The notes below the pieces were generated by a model. The model was not told the origin of the DNA. It worked only from the letters and a program-made list of their open reading frames with translations, and did not search any database. Of a DNA stretch of 64,000 bases, positions 24,676-33,139 are shown in pieces. Numbering within the stretch: position 1 is the stretch's first letter; every line of letters starts with the position of its first letter. The stretch comes from a virus (Duplodnaviria > Caudoviricetes). The position numbers were made by a program, and so were the translations under genes. The DNA lies in the IMG/VR virus record IMGVR_UViG_3300042997_002652, positions 160,001-224,000 of that record. The stretch is one strand, 5' to 3'.

Positions 24676-26243
24676 GATGATCTCACAATCAAATTTTCTC
24701 TTTTATTTTTACACATTATATAAAAATCTCTATATTCAGGAAACACTTCTAAAAAATCTGATTCATTTCTGGTATCTATTTCATTTATGTAGTCATGAAA
24801 TTTAGCATAGATCAGAGCAGTTTTGTTAGGGTCTGATTGTAATGTCTTTTGGAAATGCATTATTTGCAAACACACTCTTTTAAATTTTTCAATCTCATAT
24901 GGTTCAAATCCTTGAAAGGAACCCCATATAGTACCGGCCATGTTTCCTGACATAAAATTCATAGCCGGTATCAGATACTTCTGTATCAAATCCGGAGTAG
25001 CATATTGCGCATCTAATACTTCAGGATATCGTAAGTATGGAGTATCTATTCCGACTACGTTCATATGGTCTGGATTTTTTGCATTCCTAGTGACAAATGA
25101 ATCTCCGGAGTCTGGTATAACAAACCCCGTTTCTAATTCCCATACCGTACCTGCACTATCAGGATTATACCTTTTCTTTAACTCTAATTGCCATTTCAGC
25201 AAATCTATAAATGTCGTTAAGCTTAGTAGGTTAAAAGTACACATAGTAGTTACTCTTATATTACCAATATCTAGAAGTTGTATATATCGTTGTTTAAATA
25301 ACTCTATATCTAATCCAGGTCGCAAATATTCTGCCTGCTTCCCCCATGCGTCCAGGCTAGTATATACTGTAAACTTTTTTACCGATTTGTTTTTAACTAA
25401 CTGTTCTATCTTATTTACAAATTTATCCCAAAGTGCTTCAGGGGCACACAGATTAGTGTTTATATTAAATTCTAATTCTATATTCGGATTTTCTATTAAC
25501 CAGTCGATGCTTCTGTATGTTTCTTTACTTAGTAATGGCTCCCCACCGGTAATACGATATGTTTTAAGTTTAGTATATGCTTGAGGGAACCAATTCCAAA
25601 AAGCATCAATATAAGGATTACATTCGTTGTTTTTATACGTTAGGTTCTCTAAACCTTCTTGATACCCTTGTATCCATTGTTCATGTTTAGTATTCTCCAA
25701 AACTTTAAGAGGACCTAAACGCCTTAGTTCATCTGCCCATTTAGAACTGTACTCCGGGCCGCAATATATACATTTAAAATTACACACATTACTGAAATCT
25801 ACTTCTAAGTACGTAGGGAAAAAATCATCACTGGGATCAGTACTAATTATAGTATCGTGGTTTTCTAGTGCCCATGGCTCCATACTTTTCAAGTATCGGT
25901 CACTAATCTCACCAGTGTCTTCCACTCGCCAGCAGTATTCACATTCTGTGGGTTTTTTATCGGACATCATTTCATGTCTTGCTTTTTTTAAATGCGTAGT
26001 ATTAAATAATGCATTGGGATTATTTTCTAACTCTTCTAGCGGTATTTTATGAGTTTTTGGATGATGACAAGAATGTACTAACCCAGTACCTAAATGTAAA
26101 GTGACTTGAGTAAATTTAGCCAAACAAAATCCACTTCCAGTTTCGTTCAATAAATCTCGTACTTCAAGTATGTTATCTCTATTATTGCGATCTATGTTAC
26201 CCTGTGAGTTCAAATTCCACTGAACTTCTTCAAATGAAGTCAT
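24672..26243 (-). CDS. Radical SAM protein with an extra N-terminal Cys cluster (SPASM/twitch-like)
   Basis: CNFKCIYC (CxxxCxxC), GGEPLL, NTN; N-terminal C...SCHH...CEYC; likely start 26243. Confidence 0.9.
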   Translation of the reverse strand: MTSFEEVQWNLNSQGNIDRNNRDNILEVRDLLNETGSGFCLAKFTQVTLHLGTGLVHSCHHPKTHKIPLEELENNPNALFNTTHLKKARHEMMSDKKPTECEYCWRVEDTGEISDRYLKSMEPWALENHDTIISTDPSDDFFPTYLEVDFSNVCNFKCIYCGPEYSSKWADELRRLGPLKVLENTKHEQWIQGYQEGLENLTYKNNECNPYIDAFWNWFPQAYTKLKTYRITGGEPLLSKETYRSIDWLIENPNIELEFNINTNLCAPEALWDKFVNKIEQLVKNKSVKKFTVYTSLDAWGKQAEYLRPGLDIELFKQRYIQLLDIGNIRVTTMCTFNLLSLTTFIDLLKWQLELKKRYNPDSAGTVWELETGFVIPDSGDSFVTRNAKNPDHMNVVGIDTPYLRYPEVLDAQYATPDLIQKYLIPAMNFMSGNMAGTIWGSFQGFEPYEIEKFKRVCLQIMHFQKTLQSDPNKTALIYAKFHDYINEIDTRNESDFLEVFPEYRDFYIMCKNKRENLIVRSS

Positions 26244-26245
26244 AC

Positions 26246-27196
26246 TTACCAACCCTCAATTCGTCTGATTACTTCCATTTCAGTGACTAGTGTGCCTTGA
26301 TTTCTGAAATCTCGCTTGTAGTGTCTTTTGAAAAACTTACTTTGTTCTTTATTTAACGTGTCTACTGGTAAGCCTAGTTTATCATGTAAACTAAAACCTA
26401 GTGTTATTATTTTTAAAGCAGGATCACTGTCTTTATGTTCTTCCCAAAGTGCGGCTATATTATCAAACCATTGTACTGTGGTATGATCCCAATCTGTAAG
26501 CATTGTCATATACGTTCCTAACCTAGCACCATATATAGCCCACATACCGTTGGTAACATCTGCGCCCACGTTATGCCATATAGTCAAGTTGTCTACGTTT
26601 CTCATAGCAACAGTTTCTTTGAATTCATCAACTGTTGGCTTTCTACCCCTGTCTAGTGACATTTTGACACCTTCTCTAAAGCCAGCTCGCCAGGCTTGAA
26701 AAGGTGTGTAGTTTGGATATGTAGTAGAATAAGAATCCCACATAGCGTAATATGAACTGTCAGCATCCATACAAAAATCTACTATGCGTGATACATCACC
26801 TTCAGTTTGATTTTCATGCGTCTTCATATTAGCAACGTATTCTTTTGTCCAAGAACTAATACCACCGTTGCCGTATCTTAATCCGTTTATAGCGTTTATA
26901 GCTTTCCATCTAAACTGAGCATTCTTAAATTTATCATCTTTGCCAGTAAAGTCAAGTTGTAAGTTAAAGAAAGATTCTTCGGGTAAGTTGTCACCGTCAA
27001 TCAAAATAAATCTATCAGTGTCACTCATTTCGCCTGCTGCTTTGTGTGCAGCATCACTGCCCTTCACGCCGTCTACTCGCTTGGCCCAGGGCACCATGTT
27101 CTTTATCTTTAGCCAAAATTCTTCTTTGGCCGGCTCGTCAAAACTTAAATAAATTACATCAAGATCAGCTATATCAATTATATCGTTAGAGTTCAT
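26246..27196 (-). CDS. GT-A-like glycosyltransferase
   Basis: IYLSFDE, RVDGVKGSDAAH, IDGD (DxD), YGNGG, AWRAGFREG. Confidence 0.75.
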   Translation of the reverse strand: MNSNDIIDIADLDVIYLSFDEPAKEEFWLKIKNMVPWAKRVDGVKGSDAAHKAAGEMSDTDRFILIDGDNLPEESFFNLQLDFTGKDDKFKNAQFRWKAINAINGLRYGNGGISSWTKEYVANMKTHENQTEGDVSRIVDFCMDADSSYYAMWDSYSTTYPNYTPFQAWRAGFREGVKMSLDRGRKPTVDEFKETVAMRNVDNLTIWHNVGADVTNGMWAIYGARLGTYMTMLTDWDHTTVQWFDNIAALWEEHKDSDPALKIITLGFSLHDKLGLPVDTLNKEQSKFFKRHYKRDFRNQGTLVTEMEVIRRIEGW

Positions 27197-27533
27197 ATGT
27201 TATCATTTTCCAATTTGTCGTTGCAATTTTGTGGTTCTTAGATACTACTATGCTAATATCTTCAGCAGCGCACAGCTTTCCTGTGTCGCATGGCATTAAT
27301 TTAGAAACTACTGCGTTAGAAACAACAGTTGTTATTCTTCCGTCTACTACGCGAACATCAGGTCTTGCTTGTGCGAACGTACTATTATCTACAATAATAA
27401 AGTTGCCGGGCAGCTTTTCACATGTGTAACAAATAACTTTACCTTTTTCATCATAGTATAATCTAAACTCAGGAGTACTTATCTTAGGAGCTTCAAATAA
27501 AACAATGTATCCTTCTTCATTTTGTTTTTGCAT
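27186..27533 (-). CDS. Hypothetical protein (115 aa)
   Basis: In-operon ORF overlapping the next gene. Confidence 0.75.
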   Translation of the reverse strand: MQKQNEEGYIVLFEAPKISTPEFRLYYDEKGKVICYTCEKLPGNFIIVDNSTFAQARPDVRVVDGRITTVVSNAVVSKLMPCDTGKLCAAEDISIVVSKNHKIATTNWKMITYEL

Positions 27534-27535
27534 AG

Positions 27536-28333
27536 TTATTTCAATAGCCTATCAGCAAATGCTTTTTTATGATAGTGAAATGGATACATTTGCGGCACTG
27601 TTTGTACTCTAATTTGATTAGGTAATACTTCATAAACAAAAGTATCTGTCCAATCTTCTGTATACGTACCGTTTATAAACTGTTTCATGTGTATCATACT
27701 CATATCTTTAAACGTAGGTAACGTTGTATTTTCAACACCCAATACGTGACTTGCGATTGCATATGCCCAATCAGTAGTTACTAGTTCATTGGTTTTACAT
27801 TTTAAAATAGCGCGATACTGATCCCAATTATCAAATACATCAAGAACTATACCAAAAAAACGCTTAGCTAAGTCAGACTTCTTGAAGTAAGTGATAGCGT
27901 TATAACAATCAGGTAAACAATTGTCATCAATAAATCGTCTGTATACTCGTACATCTGAAATTTCTTGCTTGTAGTTTCTTATCGTAGTAGATACAACCAA
28001 GTCACGTTCTTTTAAAATATCCCACCAATATGTAATATCTTTTGGTATATACATATCTGCTTCTAATTTGATTGTATATTCGTACGGAGAGGCTAGGTAT
28101 ACTTGCCAATCATTTGATAACTTCCAATCACTATCTGGTTCTAATTCACCGTACGGTAGCTCTACTATGTGATTGAAGTATTTTGCGTAATCACTTACAA
28201 CCAAATCCATTGTTACTAATGTTACAGATTCGTCGGGCATTACTCTTTTAATACTTTTTGCTAATGCAGCGGCACACTTAACATAATCAACTTTGTCGGT
28301 ATTTTGTGCTAAAATTACAAAGCCTCGGTTCAT
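27536..28333 (-). CDS. GT8-like glycosyltransferase
   Basis: GFVILA, SPYEYTIKLEADM, TDWAYA, IHMK, HYH. Confidence 0.75.
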   Translation of the reverse strand: MNRGFVILAQNTDKVDYVKCAAALAKSIKRVMPDESVTLVTMDLVVSDYAKYFNHIVELPYGELEPDSDWKLSNDWQVYLASPYEYTIKLEADMYIPKDITYWWDILKERDLVVSTTIRNYKQEISDVRVYRRFIDDNCLPDCYNAITYFKKSDLAKRFFGIVLDVFDNWDQYRAILKCKTNELVTTDWAYAIASHVLGVENTTLPTFKDMSMIHMKQFINGTYTEDWTDTFVYEVLPNQIRVQTVPQMYPFHYHKKAFADRLLK

Positions 28334-28980
28334 ATTCGTTCTCGTAACTCAATTAATTTATTATATATCTGTATTTCACTTTTCAAATATTCTTGTATCA
28401 TGTCTACTGTTATTTTAGGTAAGTTATCATATTTTTCAAGAAATTTAATACACGACTTATCTTTTTTATCGGTTATATGTGTATAAGAGATATCTAAAGA
28501 TGATAACATATATTGTAGTTCTTCTAGCTTCCAGATTTGATAAGTTTTATTCTTTGGGATGTGCTGAATAACATCTGTGATTCTTGTTAGCCAATTACTT
28601 ATGTGATACTCCTGACTATAGTCTAGTGCAGAATTTATTACAGAAAGACGATACAAGACAAAAGAGTTTACGTCAATACGATCTGCATCATAAAAATGAT
28701 TTAAATAATGTGTGTTAACACGCCAGTCTTCTAGTATTCCCGATCTAAAGCGTGCCAGAGGGTCTCGTACAACAAAATGTACTTTGTATCCCTGATCAAC
28801 TTTAGATAAAAATTCTGTACTAGTGATACTAGTAGTACGCCAGGTGCGGTCACTGACAGTGTGTAACGTTTTTGAACCACATTTACCGTTAGTAATTACA
28901 ATGTTATCTTTTATGAAATAAAACGGAAATATACTATTACCTATAAAAGAATTAGCATCTAATAACTCAAATATATTCAC
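28330..28980 (-). CDS. Sulfotransferase-like protein
   Basis: KCGSKT (5'-PSB-like) and VRDPLARFRSG (3'-PB-like), H...W. Confidence 0.7.
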   Translation of the reverse strand: MNIFELLDANSFIGNSIFPFYFIKDNIVITNGKCGSKTLHTVSDRTWRTTSITSTEFLSKVDQGYKVHFVVRDPLARFRSGILEDWRVNTHYLNHFYDADRIDVNSFVLYRLSVINSALDYSQEYHISNWLTRITDVIQHIPKNKTYQIWKLEELQYMLSSLDISYTHITDKKDKSCIKFLEKYDNLPKITVDMIQEYLKSEIQIYNKLIELRERI

Positions 28981-29777
28981 TTTATTAACTCCATAAAGTC
29001 TTCTTTTACCATTACATGAAAGTCCATATCTTTGATTGTAATATATTCTTTTCTTATTTTACCGCGTTGCCAGTTATCATACATTATAGTAAACTCAGTA
29101 TCTAAAAACTCATTAGAATTTTTAGATATAGGAGTATTCTTTCCTACATGCATCAAGCTCCATGGAATAATATTATCTTGCTGTAAGATATGTCCATTTA
29201 CTAAACGCAATGCTAATGTAAGAGCATAATCATTTCTGAATGTAGTTGAAATGAAACCGTGTATGTTAGCATAATGTTCAAAGTTATGTTGAACCATTTT
29301 TAACGATTCAAATATTTGTTCCGACTTTGTTGTCTTTTTAAACATAACAGCAGTAGCCCAAAGAGTTTCAAAACTAAAAGGACTTAGCATTTCTTGAGGT
29401 AAGTTTGGTTGCATAAAAAACTCTGTATGATCATGACAACAAAAGTCTTTAGAAAAATCAAAAGTCTTTAATAGCTTATCAGAGTTAACCATATAATCCG
29501 TGTCTAGCAAAAGTGTTTCATCATAGGGACTAAACTCATATGCTTTATATCTACCCTTGTTAATCCACTGACCCCAATCTCGTTTATTATTTTTATCGGG
29601 CACAGTAATAATAGTTTTATCAAATTGATAATCAGATTCACGAACGGAATCTTTATCAGTAACTACTGTAACAGGTAAGTTTAAAAAATGATTGATACGT
29701 TTAGCAGTAGCAACTGCCATTTTGTAATAATCATACTTGTCAGAGTTGAACGCGAAAAGAATAGCACCACGAGTCAT
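28977..29777 (-). CDS. GT8-like glycosyltransferase, paralog of 27536-28333
   Basis: GAILFA, SPYDETLLLDTD (DxD), RNDYA, DFHVM.K. Confidence 0.78.
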   Translation of the reverse strand: MTRGAILFAFNSDKYDYYKMAVATAKRINHFLNLPVTVVTDKDSVRESDYQFDKTIITVPDKNNKRDWGQWINKGRYKAYEFSPYDETLLLDTDYMVNSDKLLKTFDFSKDFCCHDHTEFFMQPNLPQEMLSPFSFETLWATAVMFKKTTKSEQIFESLKMVQHNFEHYANIHGFISTTFRNDYALTLALRLVNGHILQQDNIIPWSLMHVGKNTPISKNSNEFLDTEFTIMYDNWQRGKIRKEYITIKDMDFHVMVKEDFMELIK

Positions 29778-30082
29778 CGCTTAGATTCTAACTCCTGCCA
29801 TTCTTGATACCATTCAAATGTTACTGTTAAATAAACTTCTTTTAATTTTTTCAATAGTTCTTCTCTTTCTACCCGTAACGGATTTCCAAAAGTGTCTATT
29901 AAAATTAGATTTTTTAAACCGGAAAAAGAATTTAGTGTAGAAATCGTTTGTTGATCTGCTTTCCAAAGTCCACCTTGATCTGCTACAATAAGTTTAGCTT
30001 CGTATTTTTCTTTAAGGTATGCTTTGGCTGAGTTGTGTGCGAAACGTGCTTTTACATCTGAAATTAACGTATCAGTATTCAT
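29774..30082 (-). CDS. Hypothetical protein heading the glyco-operon
   Basis: AGGAG SD; TAAATA at 30101-30106. Confidence 0.8.
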   Translation of the reverse strand: MNTDTLISDVKARFAHNSAKAYLKEKYEAKLIVADQGGLWKADQQTISTLNSFSGLKNLILIDTFGNPLRVEREELLKKLKEVYLTVTFEWYQEWQELESKR

Positions 30083-30100
30083 CTTGTGTTCTCCTACGAG

Positions 30101-30106
30101 TATTTA
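30101..30106 (-). promoter_or_regulatory. Putative late promoter core (TAAATA)
   Basis: CTAAATA 18 nt upstream of ATG 30082. Confidence 0.6.
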
Positions 30107-30133
30107 GATGAATACTGATCGTGTGTTAAATTA

Positions 30134-31087
30134 TTATGATCCTGTTACTGATCCTGCTAACGTAATGGTTCCCCAAGTATTAGCGATATTAGTTACTTCA
30201 GGTGGGGTAACAGTTAGTGTAGTAGTAGAACCTGTACCTACTACTAAACCATCAGGAACTTCGTCCCAAACAGTGCTAATTGTAATGACAGAGCCGGCAT
30301 CACCGTTTGATCCCTGTGTTCCGTTTGATTGTACGATAAAGCGAATAAAAGAACTTAAATAACCTGAAGGACCGGTAGATGCGGTTTGAGTAAAGACGTT
30401 AGCGTTTGAAGTAGTTAACGCATAGTACCCGTTATTCGGTGAAATAGTAGGTGAGCTTCCACCTCCGCCGACTTTTTGGATGCCATTAAAATTTGTTCCT
30501 GCAATGTTTGCAGTACCCGAACTAGGAGCACTTAACACTACAGTACCTACGTTAGAAGCCAAGTTATTGAACAATAAGTTAATACCTGCTGTGTTATCAG
30601 CATGTGATACAGTCATTTTTAACTGACCACCCGAGTTAAAAAAGAATCTAGCAGCGTCCCCATTTGCAAACGTAGCAGTGTGAGTAAATGTTAATGCAGT
30701 AGACCAAGTAGTACCTCTTGTCACAGCATTTGAAGTAGTACCTGACTGAGTAGCAGCGTTTAATCTGTTTGTATAGATTGTTTGTAAGTTAGTAGGAACA
30801 GCAGATAAGAAAGTTACAGTTGCTCCGGCTGTAGGAGCAGTAACACTGGTTATAGAAGACCCCTGGTGTGTTGCTACGTTAGCAGTGTTTGTTACAAGTG
30901 AATTCCAACTACTTGCGGCTACAGTATTACCAGCAGTAACGTTAGCTACAGCAGTTTGTCCATAACCTGCAGTTCCGCTACCAGTAGCCCAAGTTGCATT
31001 TAGCGTATTAGCAGTTGCAGTTGGATTACCACCTACTAATGCGTTAAAGTCTGTTGCTTCTATTAATCCAAATTGTGCGTAACTCAT
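30134..31087 (-). CDS. Putative virion structural protein (T/G/A/S/N-rich)
   Basis: Composition and position directly after the tail-fibre gene. Confidence 0.7.
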   Translation of the reverse strand: MSYAQFGLIEATDFNALVGGNPTATANTLNATWATGSGTAGYGQTAVANVTAGNTVAASSWNSLVTNTANVATHQGSSITSVTAPTAGATVTFLSAVPTNLQTIYTNRLNAATQSGTTSNAVTRGTTWSTALTFTHTATFANGDAARFFFNSGGQLKMTVSHADNTAGINLLFNNLASNVGTVVLSAPSSGTANIAGTNFNGIQKVGGGGSSPTISPNNGYYALTTSNANVFTQTASTGPSGYLSSFIRFIVQSNGTQGSNGDAGSVITISTVWDEVPDGLVVGTGSTTTLTVTPPEVTNIANTWGTITLAGSVTGS

Positions 31088-31100
31088 TTGTTATTCCCTA

Positions 31101-32315
31101 TTATCGTATCATTACGATAGCTTCTACCGTACCTAAATCATCCGTATTCTTATCTGCTAATGCTCTACCTATCGTATTAAACGCAGTAGCTTCACCAGGT
31201 AATGCAGCCCTAGCAATACCATTGCCGGCACTTACTAAACGCTGTCCTTTCTTGATTATCCCTGTAACTTTAACGTCTACTCTACCAGACACTGCGATAG
31301 GAGGATGAGAGTTATCATTTCCTGCACCTGCATTCATAAGATAAGCCGCAGTATTAGATACTACTCCAAATACATCTTCAGAAAGTTCATATTTAACCGC
31401 AGTAATTTCTTGTGTTCCGCCGATTTCTACTACTGTACCTGCATCATAAATATCATCCGCAGAAAAACGTTCTGCTAAGTCAGCATATGTAGCATTTAGT
31501 CTAGAACCAGCAGATAAAGTCCAGTTACCTGTTACTGTTCCGGGAGTTGTATTTGCTCCTGTTGTTAGAACAGTTGCAGTAGTTTGTACAGTTAATATAT
31601 TTCCGCCATATGTAGGTAAATAAGCTGCTACGTTAGCGTTAGCGTAAGAACCTGCAAACGAAATAATGTCACCGTTAGCATACATATACTTGTCGGTTTT
31701 TATGCCAAAGATATTAGAACCTGACGAGTTGCTTATAAACAAGTTTCCGTTTAATACAAGAGCATTACCGCTGGCTGAACCATTAACTGTCCAAGTACCG
31801 GTTAGTGTACCCGGAGTAGAGGTTGCTCCTGTTGTTATTACAGTAGTTTGAAGTGTGCCAATATTAGCAGTAGTTATATTTGCATCTGCTATATTTGCGT
31901 TTGCTGAAATAGTTAAATATCCAGCAGAAAAAGCATTAGCAGAAATTGTATTAACTGCTGTAATATTATTTGCTGTTACGTTACCGGTAACTGTAACTGC
32001 ACCGAAAGTTGTATTACCACCGCTTGCAGTAGCAGTCAATGCTAACCAAGCAAGAGCATTTGCTTCACCGTCTGTAGGACATACATAAAGAGTACTGTTA
32101 TTAGTGCTATACCAAAGTTGCCCTCTTAGAGGGTTTGGAGGAGGAGTAGTATCTGCAAAATTTTCAGTAACATGAACAAAATTTGTATCTTGAGATTGTC
32201 CATATCCTGCATAGTTTCTACCAGGCAGTGCTAGTGAAGTACTCGTAGTGTTGATAGTTCCATCAGCAATGGTTGTTAATACAGTACCATCTGATTTTAC
32301 AATTGTATATGCCAT
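31101..32315 (-). CDS. Tail-fibre-like protein with a C-terminal intramolecular-chaperone-type domain
   Basis: N-terminal SLALPGRNYAGYG...ENFA...P.NPL.GQLWY; beta-helix-like repeats; C-terminal YADLAE...GTVV..GG...GRV.VKV.G. Confidence 0.8.
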   Translation of the reverse strand: MAYTIVKSDGTVLTTIADGTINTTSTSLALPGRNYAGYGQSQDTNFVHVTENFADTTPPPNPLRGQLWYSTNNSTLYVCPTDGEANALAWLALTATASGGNTTFGAVTVTGNVTANNITAVNTISANAFSAGYLTISANANIADANITTANIGTLQTTVITTGATSTPGTLTGTWTVNGSASGNALVLNGNLFISNSSGSNIFGIKTDKYMYANGDIISFAGSYANANVAAYLPTYGGNILTVQTTATVLTTGANTTPGTVTGNWTLSAGSRLNATYADLAERFSADDIYDAGTVVEIGGTQEITAVKYELSEDVFGVVSNTAAYLMNAGAGNDNSHPPIAVSGRVDVKVTGIIKKGQRLVSAGNGIARAALPGEATAFNTIGRALADKNTDDLGTVEAIVMIR

Positions 32316-32341
32316 AATCTTATATAACTCCGCTTATTCTT

Positions 32342-32347
32342 TATTTA
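32342..32347 (-). promoter_or_regulatory. Putative late promoter core (TAAATA)
   Basis: GATAAATA 26 nt upstream of ATG 32315; GCGGAG SD in the leader. Confidence 0.6.
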
Positions 32348-32349
32348 TC

Positions 32350-32970
32350 TTAGATAGTAACCATATTAGTCAAAGACTGTATACGAACCGTATAATCTAT
32401 CTGAATCTGTCTGTTTAGTGATTTTTGTACTGGGTGAAAAATAACGTGTGTTAATAATCTAGTTATAACATCTCCATTACTATCCGTACCGTAATTAGCC
32501 AGCAAACCCAACTCATCAAAAACATAACTAGAATCAGTTTGTGTACTATTATCAAACGCTGCTTGACCGGCTGGTTCACCATAATCTAACAAGCATTGAA
32601 CTAAAATGTCTGTATAAACTTTTCCCGTAGTATGAAAAACCGTCATCTTATTTCTAGTTGGGTCTAAGTTAAACACACTAGTATCATCTACTATTTTTGC
32701 ATAAGTTTGATTATAAAGTGCTGCATTTTGTCCAGTAACATTAGGAGGTAAATAAGTAATTACTCCAGTAGAGTCTACTGATGCCCCTCCATTACCAAAT
32801 GCCATTTGATAAATTTCTCCATAGCCTCTGCTGCTAAGTGTATCGGCAATAGCTTCAGACATGGTTTCGTAGTTAATAGCGTTATGTTTGTCAACAAATA
32901 CTTCCCCGTTATTGGGGTCGTAAACCTTTAAAAAGCCTTCTACTTTATACGATAAAGTAATGATAGACAT
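32350..32970 (-). CDS. Putative baseplate/virion structural protein
   Basis: MAFGNGG, LDYGEP, FDELGL, HP.QKSLNR; GAGGAG SD; start ATG 32970. Confidence 0.7.
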   Translation of the reverse strand: MSIITLSYKVEGFLKVYDPNNGEVFVDKHNAINYETMSEAIADTLSSRGYGEIYQMAFGNGGASVDSTGVITYLPPNVTGQNAALYNQTYAKIVDDTSVFNLDPTRNKMTVFHTTGKVYTDILVQCLLDYGEPAGQAAFDNSTQTDSSYVFDELGLLANYGTDSNGDVITRLLTHVIFHPVQKSLNRQIQIDYTVRIQSLTNMVTI

Positions 32971-33125
32971 CAATTATCTCCTCTTTGCTGAACCATAACT
33001 TCTTTAGTATTTGGATCAAAAATTTTTATACTTGATGAAAAATAGAATCCGCCCACTTCATTTGGTTTTTTAGAAGATTCAGTTTCTTTTTTATTTGATT
33101 GTTCAAGTTCATTAAGTTCATTCAT
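32970..33125 (-). CDS. Small protein (51 aa, MNELNELEQ...KIFDPNTKEVMVQQRGDN), not in the ORF track
   Basis: TAAATA 5 nt before the ATG; TGA overlaps the next ATG. Confidence 0.75.
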   Translation of the reverse strand: MNELNELEQSNKKETESSKKPNEVGGFYFSSSIKIFDPNTKEVMVQQRGDN

Positions 33126-33130
33126 GTCTT

Positions 33131-33136
33131 TATTTA
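33131..33136 (-). promoter_or_regulatory. Putative late promoter core (TAAATA), 5 nt before ATG
   Basis: ATGATAAATA-AAGAC-ATG(33125). Confidence 0.65.
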
Positions 33137-33139
33137 TCA

